Part shown: positions 1-9,188 of the stretch, piece after piece
Position numbering within the stretch: position 1 is the stretch's first letter
Layout of the letters: the number at the start of each line of letters is the position of its first letter
Notes under the pieces: model-generated
Seen by the model: the letters and a program-made list of their open reading frames with translations, nothing else
Told to the model about the DNA's origin: nothing
Database searches by the model: none
Source: Candidatus Hodarchaeota archaeon
Lineage (GTDB): Archaea > Asgardarchaeota > Heimdallarchaeia > Hodarchaeales > Hodarchaeaceae
Direction of reading: 5' to 3'
DNA length: 24,490 nt
Assembly: GCA_016839815.1 (NCBI GenBank)
Contig: JAEOTM010000090.1
Span: 1-24,490 of the forward strand
Position numbers and translations under genes: made by a program

Positions 1-590
1 TATTCTTGCTTCTGATGTGATACCCCTTGACGAGATATAATTTGATCTCCTTCCCCTAATTTAACGTTGGCAAAACGACTAAAGACAAACAATAAATCTG
101 AAAGTCTATTTATGTACCTAAGGATCTCAGTATTTACACTCTCTAAGTTCATAAAACGAATAATATTTCTCTCTGCACGCCGACAAACCGTTCTTGATTG
201 ATGGAGAAACGCTGCTGAAGTACTACCACCTGGAATTACAAAATTTTTTATCTGAGGAAGTTGATTCGTTAGTTCATCTGCAATCCTTTCTAATTCAACC
301 ACATCTTCAGCAGTTGTCCTTTTAATGCCCTTTACAAGTACGTTTTTTTCCTCAAAATGATGGATTGGAGTAGCCAGCTCAGCAGCAATCATGAATAAAT
401 GCTCTTGAATCTGATGAATATAATTCGCAAGAATTGGTTTCGAAAATACCTTACTTACCCCCAAACTGGCAATTAATTCATCTACTGTTCCGTAAGCTTC
501 TATACGTGGGTCGATTTTTTCAATCCTCTCACCTGTTAATACACCTGTTTTTCCTTTATCCCCTTTTCTTGTATAAATGCTTCTATTCAT
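1..590 (-). CDS. pduO: ATP:cob(I)alamin adenosyltransferase, PduO type; 3' end at the window edge
   Basis: Not in the ORF track, so I translated it by hand from ATG at 590: MNRSIYTRKGDKGKTGVLTGERIEKIDPRIEAYGTVDEL...FVIPGG...LHQSRTVCRRAER...YINRLSDLLFVFSR. These are hallmark PduO motifs. The frame is open for 196 codons and ends in 'TA' at the edge, probably the stop codon. Confidence 0.95.
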   Translation of the reverse strand, partial: MNRSIYTRKGDKGKTGVLTGERIEKIDPRIEAYGTVDELIASLGVSKVFSKPILANYIHQIQEHLFMIAAELATPIHHFEEKNVLVKGIKRTTAEDVVELERIADELTNQLPQIKNFVIPGGSTSAAFLHQSRTVCRRAERNIIRFMNLESVNTEILRYINRLSDLLFVFSRFANVKLGEGDQIISRQGVSHQKQE

Positions 591-633
591 ATTAGTTACC
601 TTTAATTTTCCTTATATTCTATCTTGATTAGAT

Positions 634-1518
634 TTATCTTATGAAATTTATAATATAATAAGCAATTTCTTCTCCTTTCTCCTCCTGTAAAAAATGGCCA
701 GCATCTCGAATTATTAATTCTGGTTGATCTTTGGCAGTGGGAATTAATTTTCTAAAGAATTGATTAGCACCTTTTGTGATTGGATCCTTATCAGAAAACA
801 TAACTAACGTCGGTTTTCTCCATTTCTTCAGTTTTTCTCGTGTTTCTAACATAACTTCGGCTACTGGATCATCAGGGGTAATGGGGACTAGCAATGGCCA
901 AGCTCGTGCTCCTACTTTGTATTCTTCAGTTGGAAAAGGAGCTTCGTAAGCTTTAACTACCTCTGACGAAATGTTTTCTCTATTTGCTAATCCCATTTCT
1001 ATTACCATACCTATTGGTAGATCAGGATTATTTTTTACAAATTCTCGCCATTGTAAAAACGCTTCATTAGGTTTAGATCTTCCTGACGGTAGTCCTGTAT
1101 TCATAATTACCAGATTTGAGATTTTATCTGGATTATTTGCAGCATAGGGTAGACCGAGTAATCCTCCCCAATCCTGAACTACAAGTGTTAAATTCTTTAA
1201 ATTTAAATTTTCAACAAATTTAGATAACGTAGTATAATGCATATCATACGTATACTCATCTAACTCAGTATATTTATCAGATTTACCAAAGCCAATAAAG
1301 TCAAACGAAATAAATCTTTTATTAGCTTTTAAAAAGAGTGGAATCATCTTACGGTAAAGATATGAATACGTAGGTTCACCATGTAGACATAAAATTATCT
1401 CACCCGATCCTTCATCAATATAATGAACTCTAGCATCATTAATCATAAGATAGTGAGGCTTATAAGGAAAATCGGGTAAATTATCAAAATTATCTTCTGG
1501 AGTGCGGATTATTCCCAT
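634..1518 (-). CDS. Haloalkane dehalogenase (alpha/beta hydrolase, HLD-I/DhmA-like)
   Basis: N-terminal RTP..F..LPDFPY, HGEPT oxyanion motif, QDWGG nucleophile elbow (Asp followed by halide-binding Trp), FSDKDP acid and AGHFLQE catalytic His. Confidence 0.9.
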   Translation of the reverse strand: MGIIRTPEDNFDNLPDFPYKPHYLMINDARVHYIDEGSGEIILCLHGEPTYSYLYRKMIPLFLKANKRFISFDFIGFGKSDKYTELDEYTYDMHYTTLSKFVENLNLKNLTLVVQDWGGLLGLPYAANNPDKISNLVIMNTGLPSGRSKPNEAFLQWREFVKNNPDLPIGMVIEMGLANRENISSEVVKAYEAPFPTEEYKVGARAWPLLVPITPDDPVAEVMLETREKLKKWRKPTLVMFSDKDPITKGANQFFRKLIPTAKDQPELIIRDAGHFLQEEKGEEIAYYIINFIR

Positions 1519-1632
1519 TTTTCATCCTTCACGATTTGCTTTAGAAACACAAACAGAGTACCACCTATTAGTTTTGGCTTCGATTTCTATATACTCCACA
1601 CAAAGTACTTCCGTCATGCAAGAGATATCCTT

Positions 1633-2391
1633 TCAATAGAAACCATCTATAAACGCCCTTACATTCTTCCCAAGGACGGAATGATTGTACCCACCTTCGA
1701 GACATGCAAATCGTCTATTTTTTCCATGGTCCTCACTATAAGTCTTTAAAATCGAACCGATGGAACGATAGTCATTAGTAGATAGAAGACCACCCCAATC
1801 TGCTTCATGTCTATCAAAACCAGCAGATACAGCTAAAAAATCTACTTCACTCATTTGAGCGAGAAAGTCGATCAGATTAGCAATGAAGTCATTGGGAGTA
1901 GTCCCCTCTGCTGCATAATAGGTAACCAGAGGATCATTCCTGAATGTATTATTGGATCCATCTCCAAAATGCAAATCGAAGTCGACTATTAATGCATTAC
2001 GAAGCTGTTTCTGTATGCAATAATATCTAACTGCAATTGCTACATTGTTAAAATAGCAAAATCCCCAGTATCCATCAGGTGAAGCATGATGACCTGGAGG
2101 ACGAATAGCTGCAAAGATAGGTTGTTGATTGTAAGCGTAATCTGCAGCAAGAAGTGCTCCACCGACTGCCAATAAAGCACACTTATACACTTGATCATAA
2201 TCGTTTTGGACTCTGACGAGATGCTCTTCAGAATGAACCAACAGTACATCTTCGATGGTTGCGGGAGATGGGGTTATTACTGAGAAGTCAGTCAATTCGT
2301 CCATAATCGCTTCCATCCTCCCTGTTTTTGCAGCTGGATCAGACGTATATTCCAAATAGTAACCTTCGTGAAAAATGACCTGTTTAGACAT
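1633..2391 (-). CDS. Short Zn-dependent histone deacetylase-family (HDAC/AcuC/APAH-like) protein
   Basis: Motifs RPPGHH, GFCYFNN, DFDLHFGDG, SAGFD and LEGGY are all intact. Start moved from 2463 to ATG 2391 (MSKQVIFH) to avoid overlap with the upstream gene; purine-rich AAGGA lies upstream. Confidence 0.92.
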   Translation of the reverse strand: MSKQVIFHEGYYLEYTSDPAAKTGRMEAIMDELTDFSVITPSPATIEDVLLVHSEEHLVRVQNDYDQVYKCALLAVGGALLAADYAYNQQPIFAAIRPPGHHASPDGYWGFCYFNNVAIAVRYYCIQKQLRNALIVDFDLHFGDGSNNTFRNDPLVTYYAAEGTTPNDFIANLIDFLAQMSEVDFLAVSAGFDRHEADWGGLLSTNDYRSIGSILKTYSEDHGKNRRFACLEGGYNHSVLGKNVRAFIDGFY

Positions 2392-2435
2392 ATTTTTTCT
2401 TCCTTTCAGAGTCAATTTGGCTGAATCAGGAGTAA

Positions 2436-4778
2436 TCATCTTAATAGTTTTCCTAAACGCCATTCGATCTCGAATCTGAGTGTCTGATGGATTTTTTCAA
2501 GTATTTGGGGTGATAATTTCAGATACTCAGTACAAATGAGGTAATCTAATTCTTGTTGGATTTCCGAATATTTAGTCTTTTCTCCAAATCGGGGAATTGG
2601 TAGGTGCATTAATTGCTCAATACATACATTTATTTGCTTTACCAATTCATCAGAGACCAATCTCGGATCGAGCACAAGTAAATTTCGACATTCGTTCAGT
2701 GATAACTTCAGAGAACCTAATCCTAAAGTTCTAGTCCCTTGAATCTCACGTAAAAGTATTCCCAGGGTTGAATTCATGAACCCAAGTAAAAAATTTGTCC
2801 AAAGGTGTTCTTTTGGCCAGAAGCCAATCCACTGTTTATCTATGTGGAAATTTTCTTTATTGTAAGCCACAAACAGTCGTAAATAGGTCATATTTGGAAT
2901 AATTATCTCTGGTTGAATCTTCGCAATACGATACCAATTATTCTTTGTTTTATTCTGAAAATAAGGCCGGGAGAGAGCTTTATCCTGGAATGAATCAAGA
3001 TAATACTTTAAATTTTTATCTTCTTCAAAATCAAACCCCGATGGGACATACAACAATGACAGAGATTTCTTAGGAGATATCCTACATAAACTAATGAAGT
3101 CTTTAGGTGATTTCGTCATGGGTACTAAATGATTTTGTGAAAGATTGTGATTTTTAATACCTTCTAGAGTTAAATAGAAAAATTTGTTTGCCCCAGTGGT
3201 GGAACCCAAGCTCAATTTTCCTAATTGAGTCAAGAGGCAGAATTTTTCCTTATTTGCTTGAAGTACTTGATGAAGGAGGAAAGGTGCCATTGTAACATAG
3301 TCAAATCTTAGAACTGGAAATCTATCAATCATTTCATTAGAAAATAATTGATGAGGATTAGTAATCTTACTGATCCGAAATTGTCTTTTTTCTAAGGATT
3401 CAATTATTACATCAGCATAAATTTTGGAACGTAACTTAGTTTGGTCATTGACAAAACTAGATATTGGTTCACCGATTTCTAACAGGTCTGAGATTTTTTC
3501 TTTCCAAACTATTACAGCGGTGGATTCTGGTTTGTCAAAAGTTGAAACTCTGTGTCCAATCACAATATTAGTAATAATTTCCGCTGATTTCCATGGTTCG
3601 AATGGGAGCTCTACCACTAAATCAAGATTCAGATATTTTTCTCCAAGCAAGGATTTAATTGGAGCGATAAATTGAGAAGAATACCAAGATCGTGACAAAA
3701 CTAATCCTACGACTCCATTAGGATTAAGACTCAGCATTAGCTTGATCCAAAAGTAAAAATAAAGATCTGCTTTAGAATCAAGTAATCCTTTTTTCCCTGA
3801 AAATACTGATTGATAATGAGGCATATTTGTGAGATTTTCAATAATTTTTTCTTTATCTATATCATGATGACGAACATAGGGGGGATTACCTAGACATAAA
3901 TCATATTTTGAATCCATCAGAGTTTCTTCGACTAAAAAATCTTTATGTTTAATGTTCTTTAGTGATTCAAAAAATTCTACAATCTCTAATCTAGATTTTG
4001 TTGTATCAGACACTCCTACTTTGATCCAATGATGGAGAAGTACAAGTTTTGTAATAACAACATGATCAGTATTTATGTCATAACCAGTTAAACTTTGAAG
4101 AAACGAAGAATGAACCGATTGGAACCTAGGAACGGAAATTAAATTTCGAATTTTCGAGAGAATAAAAGCAGAAACCTCAATAATCTCATGTAAGAAAAGT
4201 CCCATGCCACAACTTGGGTCGACTATCGCCATAGATAACAATTTTCTATGTAATTTTTCGCAGATGACAACGTTTTCTTCTGATACTTTACCTTGAAAGA
4301 TTATTTCGTACAAGATAGTTTCTTTTATCCCTAAAGACTTGTCAAGAGATAAAAACTGGTACAAACTGTACCGACTGATGAACTGAACCTGTTCTTTAGG
4401 AGTAAAGTATGATCCAGTGCTTTTTCGCTTTTTAGTCTCTGAAAATTGTTCATAGATGATGGATAGCTGATAGATATTAACCCCTTTCTGACTTACCTCA
4501 CTTATGCTTACCCACCACCATTTAGTTCTCCCTAAGTAAGCAAGGACATTAGAATTTATTGGAATCTTGAAAGAATTGAAAATAAACTCAAATTTCTGTT
4601 GAGAATTCTTATTTGAAATAGCCTTGAGAAATGAACCCCTTTTTATAAAGCGAAAAGGTTCAGAAATCGGAAAAACATAGTAAAATGTAAAAATGCACTT
4701 GAAAAAAGGAACTAGCTCAGGAAGAAATTCTGATTCTTGTTTTAAACGTTCCAGAAAATTCTCAAGAGGGAGATCCAT
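2436..4778 (-). CDS. N6-adenine DNA methyltransferase, gamma class (Eco57I/TaqI-like) with C-terminal target-recognition domain
   Basis: TGSYFTP (motif X), DPSCGMGLF (motif I), GYDIN, GNPPY (motif IV), ADLYFYF and a C-terminal MNS...LG.G.L TRD-like region. ATG 4778 is preceded by a GGTGG SD-like sequence (track start 4790 is TTG). Confidence 0.88.
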   Translation of the reverse strand: MDLPLENFLERLKQESEFLPELVPFFKCIFTFYYVFPISEPFRFIKRGSFLKAISNKNSQQKFEFIFNSFKIPINSNVLAYLGRTKWWWVSISEVSQKGVNIYQLSIIYEQFSETKKRKSTGSYFTPKEQVQFISRYSLYQFLSLDKSLGIKETILYEIIFQGKVSEENVVICEKLHRKLLSMAIVDPSCGMGLFLHEIIEVSAFILSKIRNLISVPRFQSVHSSFLQSLTGYDINTDHVVITKLVLLHHWIKVGVSDTTKSRLEIVEFFESLKNIKHKDFLVEETLMDSKYDLCLGNPPYVRHHDIDKEKIIENLTNMPHYQSVFSGKKGLLDSKADLYFYFWIKLMLSLNPNGVVGLVLSRSWYSSQFIAPIKSLLGEKYLNLDLVVELPFEPWKSAEIITNIVIGHRVSTFDKPESTAVIVWKEKISDLLEIGEPISSFVNDQTKLRSKIYADVIIESLEKRQFRISKITNPHQLFSNEMIDRFPVLRFDYVTMAPFLLHQVLQANKEKFCLLTQLGKLSLGSTTGANKFFYLTLEGIKNHNLSQNHLVPMTKSPKDFISLCRISPKKSLSLLYVPSGFDFEEDKNLKYYLDSFQDKALSRPYFQNKTKNNWYRIAKIQPEIIIPNMTYLRLFVAYNKENFHIDKQWIGFWPKEHLWTNFLLGFMNSTLGILLREIQGTRTLGLGSLKLSLNECRNLLVLDPRLVSDELVKQINVCIEQLMHLPIPRFGEKTKYSEIQQELDYLICTEYLKLSPQILEKIHQTLRFEIEWRLGKLLR

Positions 4779-5004
4779 CAAACCACCCAATTAAACATAG
4801 AGAGGAGTTGACTTAAAATATATCTCAGCAGTGCAGAGAGATGTATTCATCAATTCAGGAATTACCTTTTTTCTCTTCCTTATAAAGGAAGATTATCACT
4901 TTCATTCTTCCCACCCAAAAGAAACAATAAATATCCCAAGAGTACAATTTCAAAATATATTATATGAAAGGTAGAATCCTACTAATTGGGAAGGTAAAAA
5001 GCAT

Positions 5005-5595
5005 ATGAGAATTTCTTCAATAATTCCAATCTCGGAAGTGAATGGCCCAGGACCTCATTACACCATCTGGGTCCAAGGCTGTACTTTGAAATGCCCTGGC
5101 TGTTTTAATCCTCAAACTCATGATCAAAATACGGGAAGAGAAGTAAAAATCTCTCACTTACTGGAGGATATTAAACAGTATTACCAAAAAAAGCAAATAA
5201 TTGGAGTAACACTTTCGGGAGGAGAACCTTTTCAACAATTAGCAGAACTCATTGAACTAATTGCCCTGATTAAACAGCACACTAAACTAGGGATCATTAT
5301 CTTGACAGGGTATACTCTAAAGGAGTTAAAAAATTTTCAGGATCTCGACTCTGTAGTACAAAATGTGGATTTAATCATTGCAGGTCGATTTAACCAGAAT
5401 CTTAAACTCCAATCAGGTCTACGAGGTTCCAGTAATAAGAACTATTGGTTTACTTCAAATTTCTACAAAAAAATGGATTTAGACTGCATTCCGTTATTGG
5501 AAGTAATTACTAACCACGCAGGGGAAATGATTATCTCAGGAATTGAACCTGAGGGCTTATTTGATTTATTGAAAGTGAAATTAGGGTCTCATTGA
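5005..5595 (+). CDS. Radical SAM protein, NrdG/glycyl-radical activating enzyme-like
   Basis: NGPG, WVQGCTLKCPGCFN (CxxxCxxC), GVTLSGGEPFQQ, TGY, D.IIAGRF and LRGSSN match the NrdG-like family. Confidence 0.85.
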   Translation: MRISSIIPISEVNGPGPHYTIWVQGCTLKCPGCFNPQTHDQNTGREVKISHLLEDIKQYYQKKQIIGVTLSGGEPFQQLAELIELIALIKQHTKLGIIILTGYTLKELKNFQDLDSVVQNVDLIIAGRFNQNLKLQSGLRGSSNKNYWFTSNFYKKMDLDCIPLLEVITNHAGEMIISGIEPEGLFDLLKVKLGSH

Positions 5596-5609
5596 GGATT
5601 CATGTTAAT

Positions 5610-6812
5610 TCATGACTGATCCACATTCAAAACAAACTGAATAGCGACTTCTGCGGCATTGACGATCTTTGGTCCAGAAAGTTTTTCCGCCGTATCCTCT
5701 AAAGTATGCCAGTGTGGAGGAGTCCCCTTTTTTGCCAATCCAAAGATAGTCGCCGCATGTAATCCTTTTCTAGAAAAATTGGCTGCATCACTTCCCGCAA
5801 ATGGTAGAGGGCCAATTCTAACAGGAACATCAACCTGATTGGCAGCTAGGGATGCAAAATCGACTACCTTTTGGGAATGTTTTGCTAGAAACATTGGTTC
5901 TTGTGTTGCTAGTAAGTATTCATCTGCACTCAGTGTTTCAAAATTTAGTAGCATTCCATCACGTGTTAGGAGTTCCTTTTTATGTAGAGAGACAAAACGT
6001 TTTGATCCTCGCATATGTTCTTCCCCCGCAAAACTTACTATCCAAATCTCTGTCTCTTTGGGTCTATGTTCTGAGAGATATTTTCCACATTCCAATATTG
6101 CACCTACTGCTGATAAATTGTCATTGGCTCCCATAACCACTTTATTTGACCTTAAAAAGAGTGTAACGAGGGTGACAAGGATAATTCCAAACATAAATAA
6201 CACTATTTGTGTCATATCCAAGATTGAAACAATATTTTGTTCAGTGATGAGCGTTCTTAATAGACCTAGTAAAATATTGACAACTACTATACCTACTGTC
6301 GCATAAATAAGATAAGCTGATCTTTCTCCTAGCTTACTAAATATTGGAAATTCAAAAGCTGAATCATGATGACCAGAAAGTAACACGAGCTTTTTGGGAG
6401 AAGATCTCGGTTTTATCTTCCCGATGACATGAAAAGTAGATATTTCGGGAAAGAGAAAATCAACAACTTCATAGAGAAACATTTGTTGGATTACATATAT
6501 TGCTAATCCGATGAATAGAAAGATTGATGTAAGAAGAGGAAAGAAAAAGTACGAAATTACTCCAAAATAATAAAAAAGTGCAGTGATTCTGATAAAATCT
6601 AAAAATCCTCCAGGTCTACAGTTAAAGTCTTCCTTCTCAACAGTATCACAAAATGAAGTCATTTCATCATAGATCACTTCTCCAGCCGCCTTTTCCTCCC
6701 TTGAACCACTTATTCTCGGACCTATATCATCACAAATTGCAGTAATAAATTTGATTATTGTCTCACCAGCGGGATCGAGTTTTCTCAGGTTTTTATTTGA
6801 CATTCTCATCAT
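5610..6812 (-). CDS. Membrane-integral M28-family metallopeptidase
   Basis: GPR..GS..E, GHHDS, GANDNLS, FAGEE, NFE, GSD and HWHT..DT Zn-ligand motifs, with two hydrophobic helical hairpins inserted. Confidence 0.85.
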   Translation of the reverse strand: MMRMSNKNLRKLDPAGETIIKFITAICDDIGPRISGSREEKAAGEVIYDEMTSFCDTVEKEDFNCRPGGFLDFIRITALFYYFGVISYFFFPLLTSIFLFIGLAIYVIQQMFLYEVVDFLFPEISTFHVIGKIKPRSSPKKLVLLSGHHDSAFEFPIFSKLGERSAYLIYATVGIVVVNILLGLLRTLITEQNIVSILDMTQIVLFMFGIILVTLVTLFLRSNKVVMGANDNLSAVGAILECGKYLSEHRPKETEIWIVSFAGEEHMRGSKRFVSLHKKELLTRDGMLLNFETLSADEYLLATQEPMFLAKHSQKVVDFASLAANQVDVPVRIGPLPFAGSDAANFSRKGLHAATIFGLAKKGTPPHWHTLEDTAEKLSGPKIVNAAEVAIQFVLNVDQS

Positions 6813-6921
6813 TCACAAGCAATTACTGAATACAATAACAGTGCTACTATCATGAAATCTCTAAAATAAAAAACCCTAGGACTTCCCACACTAGTTTTTA
6901 TAGAGCTGAACTTCATTGCGT

Positions 6922-6961
6922 AACGTTGCACAACGTTTATAAGGGTTTGATCAATATTGAT
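6922..6961 (+). promoter_or_regulatory. Putative promoter of the vWA gene: TATA-like TTTATAA flanked by two palindromes
   Basis: AACGTTG-CA-CAACGTT at 6922-6937, TTTATAA at 6936-6942 and a perfect 12-bp palindrome ATCAATATTGAT at 6950-6961. Confidence 0.5.
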
Positions 6962-7026
6962 ATACGATGATATTTGTTGTTAATTGTTATTGAACAAGAA
7001 ATTATCATTCAATGGAGACATTTTAA

Positions 7027-9147
7027 ATGAAAAAATTAGTAATAATAGGTGTTGTGATTCTTGTAATAGCATTATATGTTGGTCAAAACCTAATATTGGA
7101 TGTGAATAACAAGAAATCATTTGAATCTGGAATAAAGGAATCTAGCATTGTTATTTCAGATGATTTGGTCATAAGTATTGCACAAAATTCCTCAAGTTTA
7201 GGAATTCATTCAAATATAGCTTTCGACATATACATGTACAATAATGGAACATATACTGTAAATTTTGAGAAGATTTCAGTTAGTACGACGTCTACAAATA
7301 TTGCAATCTTATCAAATAATGCTGATCAACTTACGAGTGTAGACATAGGTCAAAATATATCCTTTCATGCAGAAATAACTGCAATTGATTCTCAACCTGT
7401 CCAGACAGTGGATCTAGTATTAGTAATCGATGTTTCTGGGAGTATGGGGGAAGAACTTTCGGCAGTACAGAATGAGCTTACGAACCTCATTGATACTCTA
7501 GCCGATGAAATCCCAGATTTAAGAATCGGGGCAATATTTTACGGTTCTACACGATATTCAGAATATCCCACAAGATCTGAATCTAATTATCTAGACTTAA
7601 CGTCTGATTTCTCTAGAGTACAAACCTTAATCAACTCTTTTTCCGCAAGTGGTGGCAAAGAACCATGGGGTGATGCGTTATACCTTGCAAAATATTTTAG
7701 CTGGAGAGTTGGTTCTCAAAAATTAATAATTCTGGTTGGAGACGAAGATTGTGATCCAGGTGATTACGTAGGAACAGACAGTAGCGCATCTATGTATAAT
7801 GGTTCGGAACTCCTTTCAGTTGTTACAGATCTAAAAAACCTTGGCGTAAAGATTAGCACTGTCGTTTGTGAAAACCCAGATCGATATACAGCACATCAAT
7901 TTCAATGGATTTCCCAATATACTGGTGGAAAATCCGTTTATTTACCCGATTTAGAACGTGGAGAAGATCCAATCTCATTACCAGCTCTGATACAAGAATG
8001 GACACTCGAACTCTCTCGTGAGTTCTCGAACTGGTTCTTAGTAAAAGCTGAATGGAAAGATCCTACGGATACGCTAGTTTCAGCCGAAGCTAAAACTCAT
8101 CTCTGGTTAGATTTTGCTGCTCCTTCTTTAATCTACTTTGAAAAAGTAATCCCAAAAGGAAGTGATATCTTTGATGTGTATCTTTACGCAGAAGTGTTAG
8201 ATTTTTCACCAATCGAAAAAGTATTGGTCTATCATGATGGTTCAGGTGATGTTCTCACGAGTTCAGTCATGGAGTACGATAATTCAAGCTCCTTGTATTA
8301 TACACTGATTCCAGGTCTTACAAGGGGAAAAAATCTGTCATTCTTCTTTAAATGTTCTGATATTTTGAAGAATGCAGAATTTTCCCGAGAATATTGGCTT
8401 TCAGTGAACTTTCAGGAGAAGATGCTAGGTCAAATGACCATAATCCCTGTAAAGCCAGAGGAATCGGTTTGTTCTCTTCTCACAATACAGGAGGAATCTT
8501 CTGTTAAACTTTGGTTGTCAGGAAATTCTTCCCTTACGGAGATATCTGTATTCTTATTTGACAATGAAACCCAAACAACTAATTATACCTCATCAAGAAG
8601 TTCCAGTTTCTTTAATGAAAGATTAGATCTCTGGTATCGTATTTTGGAGTTTGATCTGAATAGTCAGACCTATCTTCTCAATGTTACAATTCCTTCATTA
8701 AATACGACCTCCCTCAGTACGCTGGAATATACATGGATTTCCTCACACTCAATTTATAACCACTCTGTAACTGCTAATATGACCGAAATAGAAAGGAAAC
8801 ATCTTTACAGATGGAATGTTGAAGAAAATCTCAATCTTTACTTTGATTACACTCCAACATCAGATCTAGTTGTCAGAGGCGATGTCTATTTTCTTAATTG
8901 GACATATATTGGATCGTTTACCGCATTAGAAGCAATTGAACTACAACCAGGTACATATTATGTCATTGTTGAAGGACAACTAAGAACAGGGCTTTATCGA
9001 GTAATACTCTCTGAAGATACACCTGAAGTAACAGATATGTATTATGGCGCATCTGCTTCTGGGTTTGACTTTCTGTTGGCAATCATTCCATTAATTTTTG
9101 TGGGAACTGGAGTCCTAGGAATAAAAAGATGGAAACGTACAAAGTAA
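7027..9147 (+). CDS. Cell-surface vWA-domain protein with Ig-like flanking domains and a C-terminal SGF-TM-basic sorting tail
   Basis: N-terminal signal/anchor MKKLVIIGVVILVIALYVG, MIDAS DVSGS (aa 135-139), GGKEPWGDAL, WR, IILVGDE, beta-rich remainder and C-terminal ASGFDFLLAIIPLIFVGTGVLGIKRWKRTK. Confidence 0.88.
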   Translation: MKKLVIIGVVILVIALYVGQNLILDVNNKKSFESGIKESSIVISDDLVISIAQNSSSLGIHSNIAFDIYMYNNGTYTVNFEKISVSTTSTNIAILSNNADQLTSVDIGQNISFHAEITAIDSQPVQTVDLVLVIDVSGSMGEELSAVQNELTNLIDTLADEIPDLRIGAIFYGSTRYSEYPTRSESNYLDLTSDFSRVQTLINSFSASGGKEPWGDALYLAKYFSWRVGSQKLIILVGDEDCDPGDYVGTDSSASMYNGSELLSVVTDLKNLGVKISTVVCENPDRYTAHQFQWISQYTGGKSVYLPDLERGEDPISLPALIQEWTLELSREFSNWFLVKAEWKDPTDTLVSAEAKTHLWLDFAAPSLIYFEKVIPKGSDIFDVYLYAEVLDFSPIEKVLVYHDGSGDVLTSSVMEYDNSSSLYYTLIPGLTRGKNLSFFFKCSDILKNAEFSREYWLSVNFQEKMLGQMTIIPVKPEESVCSLLTIQEESSVKLWLSGNSSLTEISVFLFDNETQTTNYTSSRSSSFFNERLDLWYRILEFDLNSQTYLLNVTIPSLNTTSLSTLEYTWISSHSIYNHSVTANMTEIERKHLYRWNVEENLNLYFDYTPTSDLVVRGDVYFLNWTYIGSFTALEAIELQPGTYYVIVEGQLRTGLYRVILSEDTPEVTDMYYGASASGFDFLLAIIPLIFVGTGVLGIKRWKRTK

Positions 9148-9188
9148 CGCCTATCCATATGGTCTAGAGAAATAATGAGGGAGTTTCT

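Noticed and set aside
2436-5595. Complete restriction-modification or other defence island
   Set aside because: No recognisable endonuclease, helicase, HsdS, integrase or transposase; the flanks are metabolic genes.
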